This document shows, piece by piece, positions 51,336 to 63,683 of a stretch of 64,000 nt of DNA. Position 1 is the first letter of the stretch. The number at the start of each line of letters is the position of its first letter. Source of the DNA: Octopus bimaculoides (Eukaryota); the NCBI RefSeq assembly GCF_001194135.2, contig NC_068989.1, positions 74,619,367-74,683,366 on the forward strand, given 5' to 3'. The translations under genes were made by a program, and so were the position numbers. The notes under the pieces were generated by a model. It searched no databases. It was not told the origin of the DNA and saw nothing but the letters and a program-made list of their open reading frames with translations.

Positions 51336-53300
51336 ATGTTCCAGTACTCCAAGAATCTACTAATCATTTTTCTGATAGCTCTTGGCGACGAAGTTATTCA
51401 ACAGTCAAGTTGTTTTACAAACAATCCCGAATGTAATCCAACAATGTGTATCAGTTGTTCGTGTAACAATTATTGTTACCTGTATAATGAATGTTGCTCA
51501 CATTCGGTAAATCAAACTATTATAAACCAAAGAACATTGTCAACAGATTACAGTTGCAGGAAAATTGATGCTAACAGTTATTTCATGTTTGACCGCTGTC
51601 CAAGCGACCATTCATTTACAGAACACATTACCTACTGTGAAGCACCAGATGAGAATGATCAATTATACAACATACCTGCTTTTGGAAAACAAACTAAAAG
51701 ACTTTACAGGAATTTGTTCTGTGCTCTGTGTAACGGAGAGGAATACATATTATGGACAGTTCACTACAAATGTAATCAGGTGATGGATATAGATTTCTCT
51801 CTCTTCCCTGACAGACAGATACAGAATCACTGTCAAGTATTGTTTGAAGCGCCATCAGACTATACAGATTACAAATACCAATGTATTCATTACGTTGCAA
51901 AATGTCCTCCAAACGTTACCAATACTTCTTTAGTTTCTTCGTGTATGTTTGGGCCAATGGCTATTGTGGAATCAAATGGAACTACTTTTAGGAACACTCA
52001 CTGCGCCATCTGCAACGGTATTCATATTAACGATATTCTCTGTAATGCATCTATCTATGGAAATATTTCATATGGAACGCCCAGACAACAATATCCTCTA
52101 ACAATAATATTTAACTATAATAATAATAATTTTGAAGTTTCAAATAATGGGCAACATAAACTTTATTCGAAAAAGCTACCCTCTTGTTCACAAGGATTTA
52201 TTTACGATGAAAAAATGAAACAATGTCGGCAAGTTTACTATAATTCTATATTAAATTGTACAGCTAAAAGACTGGAAAAATCTGAATATTACATCACCAG
52301 TGATGGGTATCTTTATCTAAATGCTTCCCACATTCTGCTCAACCAATCAGCATTCATTCAAGATCCACAAGGCATAAGTATTTGTGTAAATAACAGAACA
52401 GAGGTGATGGGAAAATATTATACTTTTGCAAGCTATATCACATTAGTAGGATTAGTGACTTCTATTCCTGCTCTATTCATCACTATCATAGTTTATTTTT
52501 GTATACCTGATCTCCTTACATTACCAGGTAAACTTCTCATTAGTCTTTTAGTATCATTGTTTACAGCAGAACTCCTGCTACTTATCTCACCACAAGTTAC
52601 ATCAAGTTCCTTGTGTTCAACAATAGCTATTATGATGCATTATTTTTTCCTGGCGGCTTTCTTCTGGATGAATGTCATGTCATTTGATGCCTGGTACACT
52701 TTTTCAGGATTTACACCGCTTCGAAGTACAGAAAAAGATACAAAGAGACTTGTCTACTATTCTTTATATGCTTGGATATGTCCCCTTATAATTGTGACAG
52801 TGTCACTCATATTTCAATATGCACCCGGGAACCATGGACTTTCTCCAGAATATGGAAAAGGATTTTTTTGTTGGATTACAAATATAAAATCTCGATTGTG
52901 GCTCTTTGCAGCGCCCGTAATAATAATTTTGTTACTTAATATATGTTCTTTCATACTCACTGCCAGAGGTCTCTATTTAGCAAGTAAAAACTCCTCTAAA
53001 TATCTGGAAGTAAAGAATAAGACGAAATTTAAGGTTTATTTTAAGCTAAGCCTTTTAATGGGCTTAACATGGATATTTAGCTTCTTTCCAAAATTGAATG
53101 AAATCGGTGTAGTTTTTCTTATATCCTGTATTTTAAATTCCTTTACTGGGTTAATAATTAGCATATTCTTTTTGTCAACGAAAATTGTAAGACGTCATTT
53201 TCGTCTTAAATGCTACCAAAGATATTACAAAAAGGAATGCAAACATACTGACATATCTATCAGTTCTAACAAAACGCAGTTGACTAATGTACATATATAG
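51336..53300 (+). CDS. Family-B (Methuselah-like) GPCR with SMB-like ectodomain, paralogue 4, 654 aa, single coding exon
   Basis: Uninterrupted ORF with the same architecture and the most canonical class-B 7TM (HYFFLAAFFWMNVMSFD, PEYGKGFFCW, YFKLSLLMGLTW). Confidence 0.93.
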   Translation: MFQYSKNLLIIFLIALGDEVIQQSSCFTNNPECNPTMCISCSCNNYCYLYNECCSHSVNQTIINQRTLSTDYSCRKIDANSYFMFDRCPSDHSFTEHITYCEAPDENDQLYNIPAFGKQTKRLYRNLFCALCNGEEYILWTVHYKCNQVMDIDFSLFPDRQIQNHCQVLFEAPSDYTDYKYQCIHYVAKCPPNVTNTSLVSSCMFGPMAIVESNGTTFRNTHCAICNGIHINDILCNASIYGNISYGTPRQQYPLTIIFNYNNNNFEVSNNGQHKLYSKKLPSCSQGFIYDEKMKQCRQVYYNSILNCTAKRLEKSEYYITSDGYLYLNASHILLNQSAFIQDPQGISICVNNRTEVMGKYYTFASYITLVGLVTSIPALFITIIVYFCIPDLLTLPGKLLISLLVSLFTAELLLLISPQVTSSSLCSTIAIMMHYFFLAAFFWMNVMSFDAWYTFSGFTPLRSTEKDTKRLVYYSLYAWICPLIIVTVSLIFQYAPGNHGLSPEYGKGFFCWITNIKSRLWLFAAPVIIILLLNICSFILTARGLYLASKNSSKYLEVKNKTKFKVYFKLSLLMGLTWIFSFFPKLNEIGVVFLISCILNSFTGLIISIFFLSTKIVRRHFRLKCYQRYYKKECKHTDISISSNKTQLTNVHI

Positions 53301-53481
53301 TGTTATTTATAAACGTATCCTAAACAACTTTACGGGTTTAAATTAATATTCAGTCTATGGTAAAATCTAGTCCACAAATCGCTTACCGTCGTAATCATGT
53401 AAATGCATTGCTTGAAAGCTAAATGCAAAGCAGGTACACCTGTATTCAAACAGTTGATCACATTCATATTTACACACATGC

Positions 53482-53516
<35 letters not shown>

Positions 53517-53532
53517 ACACACACATACACAC

Positions 53533-53578
<46 letters not shown>

Positions 53579-54137
53579 ACACGGATGGGCCCAACCTATC
53601 AAGTTTACCTGTCATTAAATATGGACAAGCTAGAAAGCAATGCGCTAACATCCATTATTCCCGCACTTTTTCCAAATACCTATATCACATTCTGGTGCTG
53701 AGCTTTCCTTGTGAAGAGGCAATTAATATATGCAATATATCCAACAATAAGGGGTGAACACATAAATTTCGAAATAGTATATCCTGACGACACATCAAAT
53801 CTCTTTATCTCTCTTTTTCTGTCTCGTTCCTTCTCGCTCTGTTATTCCCTCCTTCTCTTTATCTCTCCCCCATCTCACTCTGCTCCATTTTCAGTTCAAA
53901 TCACAGAGAAGGTGATCTTCAAAATCAATGTTTAGCAGAAAACTGCCTGCAAGGGTTTATTTCTGCACTACAAATCCCCAGTACTTCCCAGGTCTAATAT
54001 TGATTACATATGATAAAACTGGCAAAACTAAAACTTCCAATGCATGGTAACATTCAACGTCTCCCCAACATCTTTTACTAGAGAGCGTCTAGATAATATT
54101 GGTTTAGAACAAGGCTAGCAATTTTCAGGGGAGAAAT

Positions 54138-54295
54138 ATTTTTGTTGAAATATTTTAGTTGAAACACGCTGTCTTTTATTTCAGTTAATTTTTAAAATAA
54201 AGATTGATCGGATTTTTGTTGAAATATTTTTGTTGAAACACGCTGTCTTTTATTTCAATTAATTTTTTAAATAAAGATTGGTCGGATTTTGTTGA
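54138..54295. repeat. Local tandem duplication, about 74-bp unit x2
   Basis: ATTTTTGTTGAAATATTT..GTTGAAACACGCTGTCTTTTATTTCA..TAAAGATTG.TCGG starts at both 54138 and 54212. Confidence 0.9.
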
Positions 54296-54375
54296 TCACG
54301 TGTGCGATATTCTAGCGAATCGTGAGGCAATATTGAAAATACTCTGCCGGCTCACCATCTTCGTGTATGTTATAT

Positions 54376-54589
54376 TATTGGTTTCAAATGTTGGCACAAG
54401 GCTGGCAATTTCGGGAGAGAAGTTAGATAGATTGCATCGACCCCTGTGTTTAACTGATAATTATTTTATCGTCCTCCAAGGGAATGAAAGGCAAAGTCGA
54501 CCCCGGCAGCATTTGAGCCCAAAATGTAAAGACTAACGAAATGCAGCTGTTTTTGCTCGATGTGCTAACGATTCTACTGGTTAACCGCC
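54376..54589 (-). mobile_element. tRNA-derived SINE
   Basis: Revcomp head GGCGGTTAACCAGTAGAATCGTTAGCAC and tail ...TTTGAAACCAATA; same family as 54625-54838. Confidence 0.8.
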
Positions 54590-54624
54590 TTCTTGTATGT
54601 TATAGTATGAGTCAGACATTTTAA

Positions 54625-54838
54625 GCAGCCAGCTGGAAGAATCGTGGGCACGCCAGGCAAAATGCTTAACGGCATTTTGTCTGTGTTTACGTTTTGAGTT
54701 CAAACTCTGCCGAGGTCAGCTTTACCTTTCATCCTTTCTGAGTCGATAAAATAAGTACCAGTTGAACACTGGGGTCGATGTAATTGACTTGCACCGCTCC
54801 TGAAATTGCTGGCCTTGAGCCAAAATTTGAAACCAATA
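54625..54838 (+). mobile_element. tRNA-derived SINE
   Basis: Head GCAGCCAGCTGGAAGAATCG, central CCTTTCATCCTTTCTGAGTCGATAAAATAAGTACCAG, tail CCAAAATTTGAAACCAATA. Confidence 0.83.
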
Positions 54839-56562
54839 TCATAACATAGTTCTTCAGACGTCCTACAATCACTTCCTATCAGCTCTCTACAGTGACTTCC
54901 TATCAACTCTCTAGTAAACGTCTCCAACACAGCAGCAACATTTGTAAGTTAGCCTACTAACCCATCAGCAATGTGCACATGTGTTTATTTGCCTTCGTAT
55001 TATATTTCTCATAAATATGGAGATTTTACATTGGTAGCACTACCCGTACCCTACACTTTCGAATTAAATAACACATTTATACAAATACCTCCTTTGTCAA
55101 AAAGAATCTGGAAAAATGCCATAACATAGAGATAACGGTGGTTACCAAAGCCATAAAATGAAATATTTGAAATCTGAGGAGTAAACAAATCATTTTGATT
55201 TAAAAAGAAAAAAGTTTAATCAGTATTATTAATAGTAGAATTATCTAAACAACACTGATTGGCTGATTTCATTAACACAAAAAGTCAGCATCTGCCACAA
55301 ATTCTCCCCAAGATTTTACCGTTCAAAATGTAACTGATTCCTTATTTTAACTTGTTATGATTTTGACTCTTCTGATAATTTGGAAATTGATTTTTAAATC
55401 TACAAGGCTATCAGCAGTAAATGGGTAGATATAAAACTGGCTTACTTAATCAGAAACTCTCCTGTTGAAATTACTAACGAAAGGACATTTTTCGAACACA
55501 GAGACTTAAACATGGCGGCCAATTTCACCATTCGCAATACACGCATGCGAGATCCATTTCACTAAATGCAATATCTGCTATACCGGTCGTATGGTTCAGG
55601 AGCTTTTATATCCTAATACAAAAACATCTCCCCACATGGGCATATCCTTCAAAAATCTCTGCAACACATACAGCCACGGGAAAATGGACATTGATATCAG
55701 CATCAAAGTCGCATAAGTAACTTGGAAATGAATTGTATAACCCAAGTTTATACAATTTTACAACTCAACACGCTATCTTTGAAATTTATTCACACAACGC
55801 CACGAGGCTAACTTAAGCTGAAAATTATTTTCTCTCCTTATTTTGTCTTCGTGTACATTTGGGAAGAGTTATTCTAACTAAAATATCAGGATTATTAAAC
55901 ATCTTTAAGGTAATGATTCAAAAGTTTTATTTTTTCATTAGTAATTATTTTCCTATATACTGTCACATTCGATCACACAAACACACAAACACATATATAC
56001 ATATGTGTGTGTGTGTAAGTATATACACATTTAGGTGTGTGGGCGTTTGTGTAAGTGTGTGTGTGAGCGTATGTGTGTGTGTGCATGTGTGTGAGTGAAT
56101 GAATATGTATTTGTTTTATGAAATACATGTTAAATTATCTGTAACATACAACTTTGTAACAAAATGTTGGTTTCTCACAAATTTAGTTACTTGAATGCAA
56201 TCGAATGTACATTATGCATTGCACGAGCACTCGTGTATGTATGTTTGTGCATGTATGTATATAGGAACATATAATTCTTAATGTCTAAAATGTACTAAAA
56301 GTTATATTTTCGTTACAATCGCATTCGAAGTCAACAATAATGAAATGTTGTCTATGCTAGTATAACTAAAGAAAGTTTGGTCAATCCTTAACTTTAGAAA
56401 GATGTATTTAATAATTCCTATGGGGTTGAATTGTTCCGACAACACTAGAAGGGAAGATGATTATACACATTCCAATGAATANNNNNNNNNNNNNNNNNNN
56501 NNNNNNNNNNNNNNNNNNNNNNNNNNNNNNNNNNNNNNNNNNNNNNNNNNNNNNNNNNNNNN

Positions 56563-56599
<37 letters not shown>

Positions 56600-57803
56600 C
56601 TAGCTGGTGTACCCGGTAACTCCAGGGAGTGGGTAAAGATGTTGTATTTAAACGCCTTATTATTCTGATATTATAAGAAAGCAATTTCGTTATAACTGTC
56701 ACAAAAGATGTATTTTCCGTCGCGAAAAAGCATAAAAAATTGTCAACTGGAGGAGGGAGAGATTGTCGGAGGTTGACGAGAGAAATTGTCGGAGGTTGGC
56801 AATAGTGGTTGTCGGAGGTTGGCGAGAGAGGTTGCCGGAGGTTGGCGAGAAACGTTGTCGGAGGTTGGTGTGAGAGATTGTCAGAGATTGACGAGAGAGG
56901 TTGTCGGAGATTGGCGATAGAGGTTGTCGTAGGCTGGCGAGAGAGGCTGTCAGAGGGAGAGGCATCTTTATTCCAAAATTTCAGTCTTGCAGGGCTTCGT
57001 GATACACAATGTTTTGGGTTTTGCTGTTGGGTGCATAGATGAATAAATTTTCCGGACTTTCAAAATGACTGGTGTGTTTTTTTAATAAATGATAAATGGT
57101 TGAGAATGATGTCTCGTTCGCCGTGCTGTTCTCCAACCATAATGATGGCCACCTCATTTATTAGCAGGTGCATCGAATCGGTGCATTAAATCGCCGAGCA
57201 TATTCGCCAGCTAATCTTTTGTCAGCTGTGACGACGACTTTGAGGTCAGGCGCCTCATCCATCCCCTCCAGAGCGCATTTCAAGCTATTCACAAACTTAT
57301 GAGTTGAATGAAGCATTGTCCGTAATTTTGCAATCAAACGTTTGTCAACACGTTCAGTTTGCACCTCTGGTCAACTTCTTCCTCGTCACCTCCCATAAAA
57401 TACACCTGGACATATTTCGGCTCTGCATCTGGTAAAGGTCTTAGGCTCCCCACTCGATGATAGTATTGACCCCTGATTTTGAAAGTTGAAAAGAGACCTT
57501 GTCGGGTGAACTCTTCTTCTGCACCGAATGATGTCATCACGAAGGATGCGCTGCATTTCAATATTTTATGACGGAAATCGATGCCATCGAGAGTGTTTTG
57601 TCGAAGAAGTTGCAATAATACGTCTGGTGGATCTTGCAGTCTGTACATACATTATGTACATTTAAATCTGAAATTCAACGACTGTTGTATGCTGAAGCAG
57701 CTTCGTCTCTGCAGGGTCTGTTTGCTCCAGTTGCTTCAATAACCGAAGGGTGATGGAAATGATAATTGATATTAAAATCTTTTGTAGCTGAAGTTAATAA
57801 AGA
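56600..57803 (-). mobile_element. Non-autonomous Helitron with Rep remnants
   Basis: SFVMTSFGA..STFKIRGQYYHRVGSLRPLPDAEPKYVQVYF and DLKVVVTADKRLAGEYARRFNAP (Helitron Rep N-terminal region). 3' hairpin CCCTGG-AGTTA-CCGGG then CTAG|T on the minus strand at 56600. Candidate A|TC start at 57803. Confidence 0.85.
56761..56953. repeat. 23-bp minisatellite, about 8.5 copies (GGTTGTCGGAGGTTGGCGAGAGA), inside the Helitron
   Basis: Direct reading of degenerate units. Confidence 0.92.
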
Positions 57804-58129
57804 TGTATCAAAATTACATATACACACTTAACGAAATCTCTACCTAAGTCAATATCAAGTCGCTCGTGAACACTACTGGAAACATGTAACCCAATTGTAA
57901 CCTGTTACATAGTCGGGTGGTCGACGACTAAGCTAACAGTCTCGCCAAATATTCTCCTTGGACACCTCGTAATGTGAAAAATAACGTTTTCAAAGGCTAG
58001 ATGAGTCCAAGAGAACCAACCCAACCACATTTGAATGAACAGAAAAACGCAATCTAGTAACGAAATCTAGCTGTGTGACTTGTATCTTAGCTCTATGTGT
58101 CTCACTATTTGAGACACATTGATCAATCT

Positions 58130-58480
58130 AGTCACCTCATTTTATCTCTGATAATACTCTCAATATCTCGGTCACCTTATAGCTGGTCCAGGAAGTCTGA
58201 GACAAGAGAGTGAGTTTGGTCATCCTGTGCAGCCGTCCTGCAATATAATCGAAGATCAGCGCAAGTCAGTAGTTGCAAGTCAGAACTCAAACTTCTTCAA
58301 ACCACAAACACACGACGAAACTTTCTTTGCTGTGGCAGGGGTATCACATGCCTTTGCTGCAATGAAACACCGTCACTTTCGTGGCTCCATCGCTCAGATG
58401 TACTGTAAGCGGAAGTAGCAACGACTCTCCAGTTGCTTGCACTGCCGAATCTTCTGCTGCTGTTCATAAGAGATGGACTC
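58130..58480 (-). mobile_element. Possible hAT-like transposase remnant
   Basis: Stop-interrupted frame ESRCYFRLQYI*AM...GLKKFEF*LATT loosely resembles hAT catalytic-domain segments; weak. Confidence 0.3.
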
Positions 58481-58675
58481 TTAGATATATTCAATAACTA
58501 ATGACGGACAACACCCATGTCAATAATTAATTCCTTTTGACTAAATACAAAGCCATTTTTACTTAAATAAAATATAATCAATTACGGAAAAGATAAGACT
58601 AATGAAGTATTAGTACTAGAGTAATGAGGTATTAGTCCTAGTATTAGAGTATTAATCCTTGTTATGGGTAGTAGT

Positions 58676-59062
58676 GTGGAGGCGCAATGGCCTAGTTGTT
58701 AGAGCAGCAGACTCGAGGTCATAGGATCGCGGTTTCGATTCCCAGACCGGGCGTTGTGAGTGTTTATTGAGCGAAAACACCTAAAGCACCACGAGGCTCC
58801 GGCAGGGGATGGTGGCGAACCCTGCTGTACTCTTCCACCACAACTTTCTCTCACTCTTACTTCCTGTTTCGGTTCTCCCTGTACTTCAAAGGGTCAGCCT
58901 TGCCACACTGTGTCACGCTGAATATCCCCGAGAACTACATTAAGGGTACACGTGTCTGTGGAGTGCTCAGCCACTTGCACGTTAATTTCACGAGCAGGCT
59001 GTTTCGCTGATCGGATCAACTGGAACCCTCGACGTCGTAAGCGACGGAATGCCAACAACAAC
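58676..59062 (+). mobile_element. tRNA-derived SINE of a further family, (AAC)n tail
   Basis: Box A GGCGCAATGGCCTAGTTGTTAGAGC, box B GGTTTCGATTCCC, a long non-tRNA body and a CAACAACAAC tail. Confidence 0.82.
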
Positions 59063-59911
59063 GAGTAGTAGTATAATGAGAGCAAGACGAAGAATGTATT
59101 TTGGCAAACATTCCACCTAACTTCATTATCAACTCTGAATCTGTGTGTTATACTTGAGTAGGCTTCGAAGTTGTGAGAGACATTAAGGTAATACTGTCCG
59201 TTTGCTTGTTAATGTATGTATTTGTGTATACACAAATACACTCACAAACATGCGTCGACAGGATACGACATGAAAATCTAGTGCAAACGAATAGAGTAGT
59301 TCTCTATTTCTGGTAATACTATTAGTTCAGAGAGTGGGAAGTAATTATACCACATGAAAGAAAGAAGAGGAAAATATTATCGGAAGAATAGTTAGGGAAT
59401 AGCTAGAGTGAGGGAAAATGGTTTTGTGTAACTGAAGAATAAGAGAGGCGAAGTAACGGACGTGGTAACATTAGTAGGTGAAAGGAACGACGATCAGATC
59501 AAGAGGGAAATAGAAAGAATTCTGAGAGATCTTTAAGCCAAAACCGTTGTGGGGGGCGAGGAGTTTGTAAACAAGGAAAAACGATATACACGCATACATG
59601 TACTAATACATATATATATATATATATNNNNNNNNNNNNNNNNNNNNNNNNNNNNNNNNNNNNNNNNNNNNNNNNNNNNNNNNNNNNNNNNNNNNNNNNN
59701 NNNNNNNNNNNNNNNNNNNNNNNNNNNNNNNNNNNNNNNNNNNNNNNNNNNNNNNNNNNNNNNNNNNNNNNNNNNNNNNNNNNNNNNNNNNNNNNNNNNN
59801 NNNNNNNNNNNNNNNNNNNNNNNNNNNNNNNNNNNNNNNNNNNNNNNNNNNNNNNNNNNNNNNNNNNNNNNNNNNNNNNNNNNNNNNNNNNNNNNNNNNN
59901 NNNNNNNNNNN

Positions 59912-59922
59912 GGTGGTGGTGG

Positions 59923-59964
<42 letters not shown>
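59912..59964. repeat. (GGT)n(GTT)n repeat beside a gap
   Basis: Direct reading. Confidence 0.95.
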
Positions 59965-59965
<1 letters not shown>

Positions 59966-62487
59966 CGGCGGCGGCGGTGATTGGCATCGGTGATGATTGG
60001 CAGCGGTGATAATGATGCTGCTGAAGGTGATGAGACTGGTCGTGATGGTGGAACTGTTGCTGGTATTGTTTCTACGTTCTATAAACCATTGGATTTTGTA
60101 ACCAGCCACATTAAAAAATTTCATGTTAGAGAAACTCACATTTCACTGAGTTATTTGCTTAAAAAAAACAGCAAAGTTTTCATTAATTATACAACTCCGG
60201 TGAATCCTATCGTGAAAAGATAAGGTTCATTACTATCTTGGCGTTTGGTTAGTGTAGACAATTTTAACGTTAACTGGGCTGGTTTAGAATGGAAGTTCAC
60301 TGTTTCAGATTTAGCGAAATGAAATTATGAAATAAGTGACAGAGAATTAAAAACATGTATCATCAAGAAATGTTATGCTGTTGTTACCGTTTTGTCTGTT
60401 TCGAAATTGCTCAACGTTTTAGTTGGTCAACGTTTAACTGAATAATACTTGCAAACATAATCAAAATTATTAAAATAGTTACAAAAAAAGATTACTAAAA
60501 TAGCAGTTATCGTATATGGCGTGCAAATATCATAATCCTTGCTTTAATTCATTGACCAATAGAAGAGGTTAAGCCAACAAGGTTACTTGCACATATACAC
60601 CCTAGAAATAGCAACGAAATCTCCTTCCAATCCCACGCTTCCACGTTTGAAAATGATCTTGTTGTCCTTAACACACTGATTGAAAATGAAAAAGATAGTG
60701 TCACCAAGGATGCAACAATTAGCATCAAATTTTCATTGGATTGAAATTGATAGGAGTGAAATTGGTAGAAGTGAAACGACTCTGCTATAGCTGAATTTAC
60801 ATGATTCGTTCTTAATCCGGGTGATCATTGATACAGTTATCAGAATGGTGATTAGAGGTCGTCACAGGTTCGAGTCTATAATGAAAACATTTAACAGGGA
60901 GATGCACATAGTACTTTCACAGTCATAAGCATCTAAATAAGTGAGTTAGTTTATGTTTTTGTTACGTTCAGATTTCGATTGCGATGCATGTTTGTCAAAA
61001 ACCGCCAGACAGTTTAGCACAACGACAGACATATGAACATTGTTTCATTATCACAACCCTGGAGTATTGCAAGAGTCACAGAGTGGACGTCCGGTAATAC
61101 ACTACTCTTGGAATTACGAGCATGAAAAAACAAGGAACAATTCAGTAAAGTAATTTTTCAATAGCAGTTTTTATATGAGAAGAGATTATCACCTTACTCA
61201 ACCCGTCCCCGATTTTAGTCAAAGAGACATCACACCAAGAGCATCACACGGAGAAACGTAACGAATTTCGACAGATGAAAGTAAATACTTAATTAGATCG
61301 GTAAATAGACAGAGAGAGAGAGAGAGAGTTAGAGTTGAAGGATAGCAAAAGATTGGCGTTTTATTTATCGATTTTGGAAGAATTAAAAGCAATGATGTGT
61401 CCAAGCAGGAGTTGAACTCAACTGGGTAGATAATGCAATGTATTCTGTACGACGCTCTAATGATTCCGCTAATTTCTCACCTGATATGTAGACGAACTGA
61501 AAATATATAAATCATACTTTAAAGACAAACTATGTATAATTAAGTACTAGCACCCAATTCACAGAAATTAGCCTGGATACAGAAAAAAATGTAGTGCAAT
61601 AACATATGTACCTAAACGTACATGTAGTAAGTTCGATTATTAATAGCACAATCAACAGCAATATAAACTAATTTACCTTGATTGCTAAAGAACGTATCAT
61701 TATCTAATAATAAACAGTAAATAAAATAGGGTCAACACTGACCAGAAATATAGTTTCTGTGATCAAAAATGACGTAACGAATAGTGTCATTGACTGACAC
61801 CTTTTTTCTTTTTATCATTATTTCCTTTTTATTTTATGTATTGCTACCCATTAGTAATTTAAGAAGAAAGATTCAGGAATGAGATTTATGATCTCAGCAG
61901 CCAGAAATTTGTTTACATCCCTGGTATACAGACAATGTAAAACAACGAACATATCAAACGTACTTTACGGATTAATTTTTTTTTTTTTACTTCCTTAATT
62001 TTACGAGTGTTATGAAGCTTTGAAATAGGTTCCTACCACGTAAGTTATCAATTTGTTTATTGATTCACAACAGTTTGTTTACAGCATTTATTTAAAAGTT
62101 TTCTTCGGGTGCGAGGTGTGTTATTTCGGAATGAAGCTTTTATGTTCTATAAAGTGTTGTGTGTAAAGCTGTGTGTTATGAAGAAGATAACTGCAAGATT
62201 AAGAATAAGGTTATACGTATCTCTGACCATAAATTGAGAATTCAGCTCTTCTGAGGGTGGATGGGGGTATTTTGGAGAAGAAATAAGAGAAAGGAACTGG
62301 AAAAAACAACACTAACACGTTTCTGATATTTAATGATTGTGACATTTTAGATGTGGGTTACGTTAGATGCAAAGACATGCACAAACGCATAAACAATTAA
62401 GGAAAACACACACGCGCAGACACAAACTTATATAAAGATATACTTATTACTTATTTCCATATATAAATATATATATATACAAGCACA

Positions 62488-62524
<37 letters not shown>

Positions 62525-63201
62525 NNNNNNNNNNNNNNNNNNNNNNNNNNNNNNNNNNNNNNNNNNNNNNNNNNNNNNNNNNNNNNNNNNNNNNNNNNNN
62601 NNNNNNNNNNNNNNNNNNNNNNNNNNNNNNNNNNNNNNNNNNNNNNNNNNNNNNNNNNNNNNNNNNNNNNNNNNNNNNNNNNNNNNNNNNNNNNNNNNNN
62701 NNNNNNNNNNNNNNNNNNNNNNNNNNNNNNNNNNNNNNNNNNNNNNNNNNNNNNNNNNNNNNNNNNNNNNNNNNNNNNNNNNNNNNNNNNNNNNNNNNNN
62801 NNNNNNNNNNNNNNNNNNNNNNNNNNNNNNNNNNNNNNNNNNNNNNNNNNNNNNNNNNNNNNNNNNNNNNNNNNNNNNNNNNNNNNNNNNNNNNNNNNNN
62901 NNNNNNNNNNNNNNNNNNNNNNNNNNNNNNNNNNNNNNNNNNNNNNNNNNNNNNNNNNNNNNNNNNNNNNNNNNNNNNNNNNNNNNNNNNNNNNNNNNNN
63001 NNNNNNNNNNNNNNNNNNNNNNNNNNNNNNNNNNNNNNNNNNNNNNNNNNNNNNNNNNNNNNNNNNNNNNNNNNNNNNNNNNNNNNNNNNNNNNNNNNNN
63101 NNNNNNNNNNNNNNNNNNNNNNNNNNNNNNNNNNNNNNNNNNNNNNNNNNNNNNNNNNNNNNNNNNNNNNNNNNNNNNNNNNNNNNNNNNNNNNNNNNNN
63201 N

Positions 63202-63234
<33 letters not shown>

Positions 63235-63454
63235 AGGATCAATTATTTTATGCTAAGATGTCTGTACTTTTCTTTGTGGTTTTTCAAACGTAAGGCCTAT
63301 TTTTCTTATATTCGCTACATTAACTGTGCGTGTTTCTTTATAGTGAGAGATTTGTGACTTTGGAACGTTGACTCCTCTTTCTAGCAAAGCTGGTATTTTA
63401 GTACCCTCATTTTTATGTACATTTTATCTATTTTGGCTAAGCTTGCTGGCGGCT

Positions 63455-63468
63455 TTATTATTATAATT

Positions 63469-63516
<48 letters not shown>

Positions 63517-63576
63517 GTCATCATCATCATTATCATCATCATCGTCATCATCATCATTATTATTATTATCATTATT
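63455..63576. repeat. (ATC)n/(ATT)n trinucleotide repeat
   Basis: Direct reading. Confidence 0.95.
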
Positions 63577-63683
63577 CTTAATAACAACGATGATATATAT
63601 ATATATATATACCGGAGTAAGCACATGCAATGTGCAACAAGGTGGAAAAAAGAGTACTCAAATACCAGAGGTAGAGTAATATG

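Larger units (their letters stand above)
12603..63201. other. Eleven assembly gaps (N runs), mostly flanked by (TA)n/(CA)n
   Basis: Approximate positions 12603-12843, 22640-23252, 32411-32420, 37170-37718, 40000-40040, 43876-44083, 44696-45059, 47405-47693, 56482-56562, 59628-59911, 62525-63201. Confidence 0.98.

Noticed and set aside
58095-58119. 10-bp perfect hairpin ATGTGTCTCA-CTATT-TGAGACACAT
   Set aside because: Short enough to be expected by chance in 64 kb, with no associated feature.
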